From NCBI RefSeq assembly GCF_036321535.1, contig NC_087437.1, positions 15,936,001 to 16,000,000 on the forward strand: a DNA stretch of 64,000 bases, given 5' to 3'. The DNA comes from Camelus dromedarius (lineage: Eukaryota). Positions 1 to 10,520 of the stretch are shown piece after piece. Below the pieces are notes generated by a model, which saw only the letters and a list, made by a program, of their open reading frames with translations, had not been told where the DNA came from and did not search any database. Every line of letters starts with the position of its first letter. The stretch's first letter is position 1. Made by a program: the position numbers and the translations under genes.

Positions 1-358
1 GTGATGTACCTTGTCAAAGCCCCCAGGGAAACAGAATCAGGCTGTTGGAGGATCTTTCCTTAGGGAAATAAATATTCTCAACTTATATTTAGAATGGTAC
101 AGTATCTTCTACATTATGGTTTGACTGACAGAAGAAGTGTGTTTAAGGTATTTTTAACCTGGAATCTTAAGAAGATGAAATCTAGTGATTAGATCTTTGA
201 AAGCTATTGTGTAATTTAAAAACTCTGGTAAAGGAGTATGTTAAAATGAAGAAAGAAAAAAAAATAGGCAACCAGATTGATGTGTTTCAGTTCTCTCTGT
301 AACTTTAGAATTTTTTGTTCCAGAGGAATCCATTGTCTTCAGAAAGTGGCAACCAACA

Positions 359-360
<2 letters not shown>

Positions 361-398
<38 letters not shown>
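361..398. repeat. (GT)19 microsatellite
   Basis: Perfect GT dinucleotide run, read directly. Confidence 0.97.
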
Positions 399-400
<2 letters not shown>

Positions 401-504
401 CTCATACCATTCTTTATAAATAGCTCAAGATTATGTTCTTCGCCTCAAGACAAGAAAACATTTTAGAACAGGCCTTTTTCACTCTGTTGACAGAGACGGG
501 GGGG

Positions 505-650
505 CTTGTAAGGAAGTTATTACTGTGATCAGCATTATTCCTGTTTTGTAGAAGGAAAAAAATTGCAAAGGAAAGTGTTTAAATGACCAGCCCAAGACCA
601 TTCAGTCAGTGCGTGGTTATAGATGGTGTTTGAGCCCAGACTCTCTTCCC
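505..650 (-). mobile_element. MIR SINE fragment
   Basis: Degenerate MIR core: attattcctgttttgtagaagg...aaatgaccagcccaagacc...tttgagcccagact. Confidence 0.65.
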
Positions 651-746
651 CGAAATCATATATTTTTATGGTTATTTTGATGTCTGAATGCAGAAGCTGT
701 TTTTGTTATCCCCATGTTGCACTGTGGGGACCTTGGTGGGTAGAGC

Positions 747-1315
747 TGTGTGCTGCTTACCTCTTGCTGCGTAACACACACCTCCACAGAGGCATAAACC
801 ACTTTTATTACTCGCAGATTCTCTGGAGCAGGTGTTTGGACAGGGCACAGCAGGGATGGGTTGCCTCTGCTCCACCGTGGCTGGGGCCTCAGCTGGGAGA
901 CTTGATTGGCTGGGAGGTGGAACCTTCTGGAGGCTTCTTCACTCACGTGTCTGGCACCTGGGTTGGGATGACTAAAAGGGAAAGCTCAGCTGAGAGTTCT
1001 AGAACTGGACTGGAGCCCTTTCAGGTGCCTTCTCCACGTGGCCTGGGCTTCCTCATAGCATGGCTGCCTCAGGGCAGTTAGACTTTTTACAAGATGGTTC
1101 AGGGTCCTTAGAGAGGGTGTTTGAGTAGAGAAGGCAGAAGTTACTTGGCTTTTATGACCTTGTCTCCGAAGTCACACATCATCACTTCTGTTCTACCCAC
1201 TGGTCAGAGAAGTCACAAGCTCACTCAGATTCAACAGGAGGGGACATAGGTCCCAATAGATCCCTCGATGAGAGGGGTATCAAAAATTCACAGCCATATG
1301 TTTAAAACCACAACA
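747..1315 (-). mobile_element. MaLR solo LTR, MLT1H-like
   Basis: The minus strand begins tgttgtggttttaaacatatggctgtgaattttt. Also carries ggggcctcagctggg, gaagtcacacatcatcacttctg and cagattcaacaggaggggacatag, all typical of MLT1H/G. Confidence 0.8.
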
Positions 1316-2039
1316 GATGATTTCTCTTCTAACTAGATTGAGCCGGGTTCTGTGTCATCTGGAAGAAAGGGGATGAGGAAGATAGCCTCTGGAAAGACTT
1401 GTTAGCAGTGGAATTTGGTAATGCCTTGGATTTCTCCAGCCACATGAGGAGAAAGGCCTTCTGGGTCATCCTATTTACTTCTCCTGGGCAGGACCAGGTC
1501 AGAGAAGAGGTGGCCCTTGTCACACTCTGCTGGGATGAACACTCAGTGCGTATCAGGTGGATCACTGGACATGACACTAGGCCAGTGGCTTAAGTGCTGT
1601 GTGGTTTGAGGTTCTCTGCCCACTGATCCTAAGCCAAGCACTGTGGCACATTGGAGGGAAGATATTTCATCTGGCGTAATCCTGCTGAGTAAAGGGATTG
1701 AGAACCTCTCTGAGAGAGGAACAGACAAAGACATGGTTTCCTAGGAATTCTAAGCACTTTATCCATGAGCTCCAAGAGTTCCCCTCCTTCAAGGCTGGAT
1801 CAAGGAGATAAGCATAGGACCAGCAGGACACTGGACCTCACAGGGTCATCCTTGTCCTACCAAGGCATTGCTGACACATTAGGGTCTTCTGGGATACGTG
1901 TTGACCAACTGCTTCATTCTTGGTAGTTAAAGGTGGCTCCAAATGAGCTTTCTTACTTCATTTCCCACATGGTGGTTCCCCTCACCAGCCCTCTAGCCAC
2001 ACCAGATTTTGCCATTAGTTTTTCATGAGCCATCATGCC

Positions 2040-2398
2040 TGTACCAGTCAGCATTGGCTAGGTTATGGTGCAGTAACAAACACTCCCCAAGACTTAGTGG
2101 CTTAAAACAACACATTTATTTCCCTCTCATAGTGTATGTTCATCATGAGTTGGCAAGGCTGTATGTCATGCCACTGAAAGTCATCTGTTAGAGGAAAAGG
2201 GGACTCTTGTGGGTCTTGCATTGGCAATTAAATGTCCCAGCCTAGATGTGAGACACATTGCCTCTAATAAACTCAGCACCAGAATGAGATTCATGGCTTC
2301 AGTCTCACCCCTCAAAAGGGCCAGGAAGCACAATCCCACCGTATCCCTGGAACACAGAGAGCTGGAAAAAAGGCAAAGTGCACAGTGGTCTCCTTACA
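2040..2398 (-). mobile_element. Old MaLR LTR (MLT1J/K/L-like)
   Basis: ctaggttatggtgcagtaacaaacactcccc...agtggcttaaaacaaca is a characteristic MLT1 terminus. Confidence 0.7.
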
Positions 2399-2444
2399 TC
2401 AGTACCTTTGGCCCCCCTTCACAATATGCTTTCCCTCTTCTACA

Positions 2445-2595
2445 CATTTTCATTCACGCATGCTTGCCCATGTGCAACAATCCATCTACCCATCTAATGT
2501 TTAGTGAGCACCTGTCCTGTGCCAGGTATGGCTCTAGGTGCTAAGCATAGGGAGATGAGAAGGTTCCCTGGAGAAGTCCAAAATCTAACTGAGGT
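2445..2595 (-). mobile_element. L2 3' end fragment
   Basis: tttagtgagcacctgtcctgtgccaggtatggctctaggtgct resembles the L2 3' terminus. Confidence 0.65.
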
Positions 2596-2718
2596 TGTTG
2601 AAAATCTATTCAGCTTTTTCAGGCTGTAGCTAAACTCTCCATGAAGACAGCCAGTCTTAGTGGATCCTTCCTCGACAATAAGTTATTGATGGTTAAGCAA
2701 AATAATAATCTTTATTTA

Positions 2719-2858
2719 GAGGGGAGGTATAGCTCAGTGATAGAGCATGTGCTTAGCATGCAGGAGGGTCTAGGTTCCATCTCCAGTATAAAATTGTACT
2801 CCATTATAAAATAAGTAAACCTAATTACCTCCCCCCAAAACCAAAACCAAACAAAAAA
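2719..2858 (+). mobile_element. tRNA-derived SINE, camelid Vic-1-like
   Basis: ggggaggtatagctcagtgatagagc (A box), ggttccatctcc (decayed B box), aaacctaattacctcccc body and an A-rich tail. Confidence 0.85.
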
Positions 2859-2875
2859 TAACTGTTATTTAATTA

Positions 2876-3098
2876 TTATTGAGCCTTTGCATTAAGCCAG
2901 GCATTTTGCTAATAGTTCAGCTTAACCTTCCCTACAGTTTTGAGTGGTTGGCTGGATTATGCCCATTTACAAATGAGTAAATTCAGCCTCCCAGGGGATA
3001 AGCCATTTGTCCAAGGTCACACAGCTAGCAGGTGGCAGAGCTGAGTTTATATTTGGGACAAGTCTAAGCCCTTCCTCTTCAATGGCTACATGACACTT
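2876..3098 (-). mobile_element. MIR SINE
   Basis: cccatttacaaatgag...ttgtccaaggtcacacagctagcaggtggcagagctg is the MIR core. Confidence 0.85.
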
Positions 3099-3409
3099 AT
3101 TTTTATTGCTCATGCACTCTTTTGTCTCTGAATCAGAGACCTGGAAACAACACACAAAGATTATTCTCTGCAGTTGTCCTACACACACAGAGAAGGCAGG
3201 GATGACTTCCCGTGTTGTCTGATCATTCGAGTCCTTTGGGATGAATTAATGAAGGAGAGAAGGGGAGGGAGGGAAAGAAGAAAGGACGGGAAGAAGGAAA
3301 GAGAAAGGAAAGGAACAAAGGTGGGGGAGGAGGGGGAGGGACTGATGCTCTTAACAGAGCGTGAAAGTCTTGATGTGGAGGTGGCATGGCTCTGTGTGGA
3401 GGGCAGGCA

Positions 3410-3913
3410 AAGGCGCGGACCCCGTGGGAGGGTGTCCTGTAAACTGGCGGTGCTGCTCTGACGCCCGGATCCCCAGCTCTGCCCATCAGTCTCCCGGTCC
3501 CGTGCCTTGGTGCCTCTCCTTACCGCGCCAGACTTTCTCCAGCCTACCACGTCTGAACCGACTACAATTAAATACACAGATGTATTCCTCCTCACTCGGC
3601 TGCTGAAAAGGAAATATTTTGGAAGAATCTGACAACTCAGGATCACAGCTCCAAGAAGCTGGAGGAAGGAAGAAAGGGCTACAAAGGAGGCATCAAACAG
3701 AGTTTTTAAAGGTCACTCTCTGATTTGGGGTGTTACTTTCCAAAGCGATATTTTGAGATTTAAAAAAAAACAAAACCTGCGAGTATAACAATTACAACTT
3801 GCCTCAGTCCTCTGCAGTTCAATGATGGTGTACATCGAGCTCCACAATGACTGGCGAGGCCAGAAAGGATCGGCCTGTCTGCAGCCTGGCCCTGCGAGCC
3901 AGGTCCAGTAAGT
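3410..3913 (+). promoter_or_regulatory. Candidate promoter / first exon (CpG-enriched, repeat-free) ending at a donor CA|GTAAGT (GT at 3908)
   Basis: Local CpG enrichment and a consensus GTAAGT donor; gene not recognised. Confidence 0.35.
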
Positions 3914-4121
3914 TTCCCACGATTGCCCCAGATTTATCATAAGAACAATCTGCATTCCCGCACGGCTCTTATCTGGTGCCCGAGCCTTAGACTGTGTCCT
4001 ATATGTTGGTACAAGCCTTGGGTTAATCTAGATTCTTCTAACGCGGCTTCTTGGTATTTTAATAAAAAGGCCCCCCTTAGTGTCTTTCAGGGCAAATTGC
4101 TTTCTTCTGCGTTCCCTCCTT

Positions 4122-4235
4122 TGTGTGCGTGCACCCCTGTGTATGTGGGTGTGCCCCGTACATGCATGTGCAGCCCTATGTATACTGTGTGTGTGTGCGT
4201 GCGTGCACGCATGTGTGACCATGTGTATACGCGTG
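4122..4235. repeat. Degenerate (TG/CG/TA)n alternating purine-pyrimidine tract
   Basis: tgtgtgcgtgcac...gtgtgtgcgtgcgtgcacgcatgtgtg...tatacgcgtg. Confidence 0.85.
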
Positions 4236-5654
4236 ACTCCTGTGCTGGTGGCTTGCGGCCGGGAGATAATGTGGAAGTGCCTGATTGCATTTGCTGTTTA
4301 GCAATTAACCACTCGCAGGTGCAACGAGTTCTGAGCACAGTTCTGCGAGTGTGGCTCATTGCAGGTGTAAAGGATTCACCTCTCCGGTTCTCTTTATGGC
4401 TCAGTGGGGCTCAGGGCTAATTCTCCCCCACCATCTGGGTTCAGGCGTTTCCTCTGGCCAGAAGATCCCCTGGGGAGAGGAGCCTGGGGTGGGGATGGGA
4501 GAGCCACTACAGAGCATGAAGGGGCCTAGAGGTGAAGACAAGGAGGGCAGAGTTCTTGGGAGACTCTGCAAGAAGTCGTGAAGTGCTTCCCCACCAGGCC
4601 ACCCGTGCAATGCAGAGGGTGGGCGGGATCCTTGATTGCAGAACCTCCACAGTGGGGGCCTGGCCTCTCCTCGGGTGAGGCCCTCTGTGATGGGCTTTGG
4701 TTTTCTGAAGGGCCTGCAGAGGGTGACCCCCTTTCCTAGGACCCTTTGCCGAGGCAGTGACCCAGACCCTCACAGACAGAGGTGGTTGATGGAAGTCGGG
4801 ACAAATGTTTGGGAAGCTTGGGCCCCTCTGCAGTATCGCCACCATGCTATGTGACAGCTGCACCCTTGGCCTCAGCCAGTCATCTGCAAAGTTGGGGTGA
4901 CACTCTCCGTCACCTTCCTGGCGGCCCCCGGGGTGTCCTGAGGGTTAGGTGACTGTGACTTCAGTTGTGGACTCTCCTGGTGAAGAATAAATTCTCTGCC
5001 CTGCAAAGGAGCAGGTGACTCTCGGGTGGTCCTGGGCGGTTTCTTACGTGAAACGTGTTCATGGTAAACATCTCCGAAAGGGTCATGGGGATGAAGAAGT
5101 AGGAGTGAGAGGGAATTCTCAGCCCTGAGCTCTGCTCCCTGTGTCTGAGCATGTTTCATAGCCAGTTGACAGTGAGGGCCTGAGAGCAGCCTGGGGTAAC
5201 CCTGGGGTGAAAAGGGGCTCAGGGGGTTGTAGGGGAAAACTCAGAAAGTAACAGCTTAGTGTCCTGAGGGGTGGCATGTGCGTGTGAGGGTGGCTCCTGA
5301 GGCCGAGGGAGCTTGGGTGGCCTCAGTGGAAGGGCGTGGAGCCCGGTAGGGACCTCATGTGATTTCCAGAATTTACTCCAAGGGGAAGCTGGACCAGGGG
5401 GGACCACTACCCTGGTGTCACATTTTCAGTTGAATCCTTTTTATTGCATGACTAGACCTGGCTTCCCAGTCCCGGCCCTTGTGTTCCTACTCTGGGCCCC
5501 TTTCCATAGACCTCGGCCTGCCCCTTGTGGGGTTCAGTGGAACACCCAGAGCCGTGAAAGGTGGCTTTCTGTTGGGAGTGAGTTGAGTTGGCTCATTCTG
5601 CCTTATTTCTCAAGAGACTCCAATTCCTTCTAACAGGAATGAGGGCTTTCCCAT

Positions 5655-5810
5655 ATACTTGGCCACTGGCTACTTGCTCCTTAGATTTCTCATGTATGAA
5701 ATGGGATAACACTAGAGCCTATTTCATAGGGTTGTATAGAGGATTAAATGAGATGGATGAGCTGCTCAGCGTGTGAGCGAGAACGGAGCCAACCCTCCCC
5801 AAGTATTAGT
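5655..5810 (+). mobile_element. MIR fragment
   Basis: tttctcatgtatgaaatgggataac...tcatagggttgtatagaggattaaatgaga. Confidence 0.75.
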
Positions 5811-6765
5811 ACTCAGGTTACTCGTGTTCCTACTCCTGCTCTTACCTCTGCTCTCCTGAGGCTGCTGTCTTCCAAGAACGCCTGCCCCTACCCAGGATGG
5901 CTTAGTCAGTGTTGCCTTTTGGCTCTGGCTGTCAGGACCCCATGATTCTGAGGTCAATGTGGTTTGAACTCGGAATCACTGTCTCAGTCAGGACAGTGAA
6001 TGGCCGTGGGTCTCCTGGGAATCTGGTGGTCAGGAGTCACACACAGTTCCAGCTGAGAGAAATCTATCCACCCAGATCATGGCCCTCCGAAGCGGATTTC
6101 ACTCGCAACAACTCGGGAGTGAGGTACACACAAAAACACCTGCATTTCGCCCGTTGCTTTAGATTATAAATTCAGGCTTCACACATCAAGTCGGGAGGTG
6201 AGCATTCAGATGCCGACTCCTCAGCTTCATCCTGCAATCCTGGGAAGGGGCTGTTTTGGGGATCATTAAAGAATGTGAGTGCTGGGAGGATCCCACATGA
6301 TTATTCCATGAAACAGTGTTTTTCATTTGGGGAAAGTGGTGGCAGAGTGGCCAGTGAATGTAGCCAGAGTTCAGCTGACTTGGGTGCTTTCTCTCTTGGA
6401 TGGTGCCTTTCAAGTCTTTCCTGTCAGATGCACTGCAGCTTAAACGAGCCTTTCTTAATTGCCAGTCCTCACAAATAAGCATAAGCATTGATGTGTGTGC
6501 ATGTGTGGCTGTTAGCATCCCAGCCAGTGTGCAGCTGATTCCAGACAGTAGCTTGAGGGACTGGTTCAGTATTGGCCAGGGCACCTGGAAACCAAGTGAG
6601 GTCATGACCCAACTTACCCATCTGGAAAGTGGGGGGCCTGGGACAGGGAACTCTCATTTTTTACTTAACGTTGGACTGTAGTCTAGCCCATGGGCTCCAG
6701 ACTTTTGGACTACAAATGAACCCCAAAATATCAGGTTACTAATACAAGATCTCCATTAAGGATGC

Positions 6766-6767
<2 letters not shown>

Positions 6768-6799
<32 letters not shown>
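6768..6799. repeat. (AC)16 microsatellite
   Basis: Read directly. Confidence 0.95.
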
Positions 6800-6803
<4 letters not shown>

Positions 6804-6934
6804 CCACTGCTGCGTCATTTCTTAAAGGAAGATCAGTTTAACACCAAAAAAGGAGACAGAGGGATCCCTTTCTCTTCAACTCAGTGTGTGTCCTCATGGT
6901 CTTGGGGCAGGCTAACTTTATGTTTCCAAAAAAG

Positions 6935-7426
6935 TGTTACCAAGTCCAAGCTCGTACTGCTTGCCGCACGACAGGCCAGCAAATCGAGAGATGAGGTGTT
7001 GGGGCAAGGAAGAGTGACTTTATCCGGAAAGCCAGCAGACTGAGAAGGTGGTGGACTAGTGTCCCGAAGAACTGTCTTGCCTGAGTTAGAATTCGGGCTT
7101 CTTTTATACCAAAAGGGGAGGGAGTAAAGCCAGACATTTCCTGGCTCAGGTCAGCCTTGGGAGGAGATGTGTTAATTTCTTCCTTCTTGCTGTCATTCAT
7201 GGGTGGGCCTGGTCAGGCTGTTCCCTGTGAGCTAGATAAAGGTATTTTAGCTTAGTGCTCATTCCTTGGGAGGCAGGGTTCCCAGGGGTGGGCCATGCCA
7301 TTATGTATAATTTAAGCTTATAGGCAACACCCCTTTAGAGATTTACTTGTAGCAAAAGCCACAGAATACAAAAGGGAAAGTAAAGAAACATCAAATACGG
7401 AGTCAGATTTGTTCTTCCCAATAACG
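6935..7426 (-). mobile_element. ERV1 solo LTR, MER41-like (artiodactyl type)
   Basis: Termini tgttacc...ataacg (decayed TG..CA). On the minus strand: GACTCC near the 5' end, TATAAAA at 7102-7108 and a degenerate poly(A) signal GATAAA near 7018-7023. Confidence 0.7.
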
Positions 7427-7494
7427 ATGGCTAACATTTATTACGTATAGGCACTGCCCTGCCTGAGTACGTCGCAGGCATGCATGCATGCATG

Positions 7495-7688
7495 TATTTA
7501 TTTATTTATACTGAAGATAGTCAGTTTACAATGTTGTGTCAATTTCTGGTGTACAGCATGTTTCAGTCATACACATACATGCATACACTCCTTTTCATAT
7601 TCTTTTTCATTATAGGCTACTACAAGATATTGAATGTAGCTCTCTGTGCTATACGGTAGAAACTTGCTGTCTGTCTGTTTTATACATT
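7495..7688 (-). mobile_element. Young L1 3' terminal fragment (~190 bp)
   Basis: (TATT)n tail followed by tttacaatgttgtgtcaatttctggtgtacagc...ttcattataggctactacaagatattgaat; similar to copies at 44.9, 50.0, 51.4 and 62.9 kb. Confidence 0.85.
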
Positions 7689-7712
7689 CACTCATTTAAT
7701 CATCCCAACAAC

Positions 7713-8090
7713 TGTTAGGGACTAAGTGGTGTCCCCACTAAATTTGAATGTTGAAGCTCTAACCTGAACTGGGACTGTACTTGGAGATGGGGCTGTTAGC
7801 AAGGTGATGAGAGTTCAGTGAAGTCACAAGGGTGAGGCTCTTAGAAGAAGAGGAAGAGACACCAGGGCTTTGCCTCCACCTGTGCTCAGAGAAAAGGCCA
7901 TGTGGGGACACGGTGTGAAGGTACCATCTGCAAACTGAGGAGAGAGACCTTGCCAGAAACCAACCTCGCTGGCACCTTGACTTAGATAGAATTCCAGCCT
8001 CCAGAAGTCTGGAATGTGAGAAAATAATTGTGTGAGGGTTAGGCTACCGCCTGTGGTCTTCTGTTGCAGCAGCCTGAACAGACTAATACG
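7713..8090 (+). mobile_element. MaLR solo LTR, MLT1A-like
   Basis: tgttagggactaa...aaggccatgtggggacac...ctggcaccttga...ccagcctccagaa...gactaatacg. Confidence 0.85.
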
Positions 8091-9559
8091 ACAGTCCTTT
8101 GGGGGTACGTCCTTTGGTTAGCTCTGATTTGCCGAGGAGGACCTTGAATCCCAGAGTTATGACTAGCTTGTCCAGGGCTGAGCAGAAATTGTGGGCTTGG
8201 CTTTGTTCCAGAGTCAGAGCTCGTATCCGTTAAGGCGGCGACCTGATGCTGAGATTGGACGGAGGCCCAAGTCCTTGCTCTTCAATCTAAGCCAGTAGCT
8301 CTGTCCCTCTGAACCAGGGCACAAGGCTCTGTGTTGAGAAATGCCTGCTAGCCCTGGGGGGCTGTTCTGGCTGAAAGAGAATGAATATAAAGTGCTGGGC
8401 TCAGAGCTGGGCACAAAATAGGCAACAGCTCAAGAGATGCTAATGGGATCTGATGAACACATACGTTGGCATCTCTTTGTCTTCAGCTTAATGTGTGTAA
8501 CCATATTCCTAGAACAGCTTAAGTATGTCTTTTTCAAAGAGGAGCAGTTAGCCTAGTCAAATGAGTAAACATGAGCAGAATGAATCACTGTCAGGGTCTA
8601 TAAATTGTCTTGATGTGCTAACTACCCTAATACGAGCAACCACAGTAAATGAACGCACTATTAGACTGTAAACAGGACTAGCCATACCACAAGGCGCCTC
8701 CCCCCACCCCTTATCGCTAACGGATACTGGCTGGGGTGACCATGACAGCGATGCGGCACAAGTATTCCGGCACCCGGATCCACATGGTTTGTACTTGTAG
8801 TACTTACAAGGATTTGTGTGTCCAGTAATCCCTCCCCAAACACACATTCTCTTTTTATGAAATTCTGGTATCCCTGGATTTATTTCTGTATACTCTGAGA
8901 ATTTCTGTTCCAGGGTATTCAGGTTTGGAGTCACTGCTGTAGGGGATACTTCAGAAACAGGGGAACTGGCGGTAGGAGAAAAGAGAGGGAGTGGAAGGCA
9001 GGGAGGCAGGTGATGCTGACAAAGTGGACTCGGAGGAAGACCCGCGTGCCCTCCCTCCTGTGTCCGGGTCTGCTCTGCGAAGGGCCCTGGGAGGTTCCTG
9101 ATCTGGGGTCAGCGTTTAAGGAGCTCTGTCTCTCTCATCATGTTTGTGAGCAGGTTGAGGAATCAGACACCTACAGAGGTCTTCTGAGTAAATTAAATAG
9201 ATTCCTGAAAATGTTTCAAGCTTTCCAATTACTGTGTGTCTCTGGCATCCCATTGGAAGCAATGAGTCAAGGTCCAAGTAGCAGGTGACATAAATCACAA
9301 AGGCTCTGAATATTTGACTAGAGGACAGGATAGACAAAAAAAAAAAAAAAAGAAGAAAGAAAAAGAAGAATCAGTGTGTGCATTTACTGCACCAGCATGG
9401 GAAAATTACCACTGCTTTTTTTGAAACTGTGGAGGGGGAGATTCTGAAAATGTTTTGAGCAAACAGAAGCTAGTAAATGGGAATTATTAACATGGAAATC
9501 ATAAATGATTGCTTTAGTTTATGCAACATGTTATTGATATTTTTTGTGTGTCTGACATT

Positions 9560-10520
9560 TTGATTTTAAGAAAAGTGACTTTTCGCTTTTACTAAAGTCA
9601 CACATTTCTATGAACGTTTCACAGAAGCAAAAGAAAATAAGTATAATGAGGAAAGTGAAAAATGACTAAAAAAATCCAGACACTGCAGTTGTTAAATTTA
9701 GGTCAACACCACTTCAGACATGTCTTTATAATTTATCTTCACTAGAGCTAGGAAGATAGATGGAGAGTCAGAACTAATTTTAGAAAAATGTGATAATGGT
9801 AATCTTGCAAACATTAATATAATTTTGTTTAAGTGTAACTGAAGAAAAAGAAACTAATATAAAATTGAGGAAATTACTACATTTGATAAATGTCTCTTCA
9901 CCAGAAAATATATTTCTTGAAAGATTCTCTTAGGACTGAGAAAGAATGTTACAAGACAATGTGATTTGAATCATTATTCTAAACTTCATATTTCAATTTT
10001 AAATAGTAACAATTAACCCCTTTCTGTTAAAGATGAGGACATTGGTATATTTTGATTTCTTCTATTTCTTTCCCTTTCCCTTCCTCCTCCTTTTTGTTAA
10101 TTGTTTTGACATTTTTTTTTTCATTTTAAGGTTTAGACCAACTTCAGAAAGTTATTTGTTTTATTTCTACATTTAAGACTATAATAGCTCCCAGTTGCTT
10201 TATCCCAATTTCTTTATGCTGACTTCATTATTTTGATTTATCTCTTGGCTGAATCACATTCTCAAGTAGTTTTTTCCCCTAGAAGGACTCTGTTACTTGA
10301 GGTTCTTCGTCCATGAGAACATCTACCTGCAAATGGAAGGTCAACAGAGACAAGCCTAGGGCTCCCCATGTGCTTCCCTAGGTGACTTGCTCTTCCGTCT
10401 GCTGGCTGAGCACTTCCTTATCTTTGAAGTTCAACCATTTCACTAGGTCTGCCAATTAGTCCTTTATTTTCAGGAATTTTTTCTGTTAGGTCTTTGAATA
10501 CTGAATACTTTTTTTTGACG
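9560..10520 (-). mobile_element. Ancient L1ME/HAL1-like fragments
   Basis: T-rich decayed sequence with ttatctttgaagttcaaccatttcactagg, typical of antisense old L1/HAL1. Confidence 0.5.

Noticed and set aside
2719..2790. tRNA gene (also at 16940)
   Set aside because: These are SINE heads: decayed B box, no acceptor stem, SINE body and A-tail, and a TSD on the 16940 copy.
5001..5047. Minus-strand GTAAGA...tttgcag intron
   Set aside because: About 47 nt, below the usual minimum mammalian intron size.
8223..8727. 10-bp inverted repeat gtatccgtta / taacggatac, and T7-promoter-like taatacga at 8084 and 8628
   Set aside because: Matches of this length are expected by chance over 500 bp, and the T7 match stops after 8-9 nt.
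8557..8934. Minus ORF containing CKYYKYKPCGSGCRNTC, reminiscent of a TIL/mucin Cys motif
   Set aside because: The remaining TIL cysteines and exon boundaries are missing; chance resemblance.
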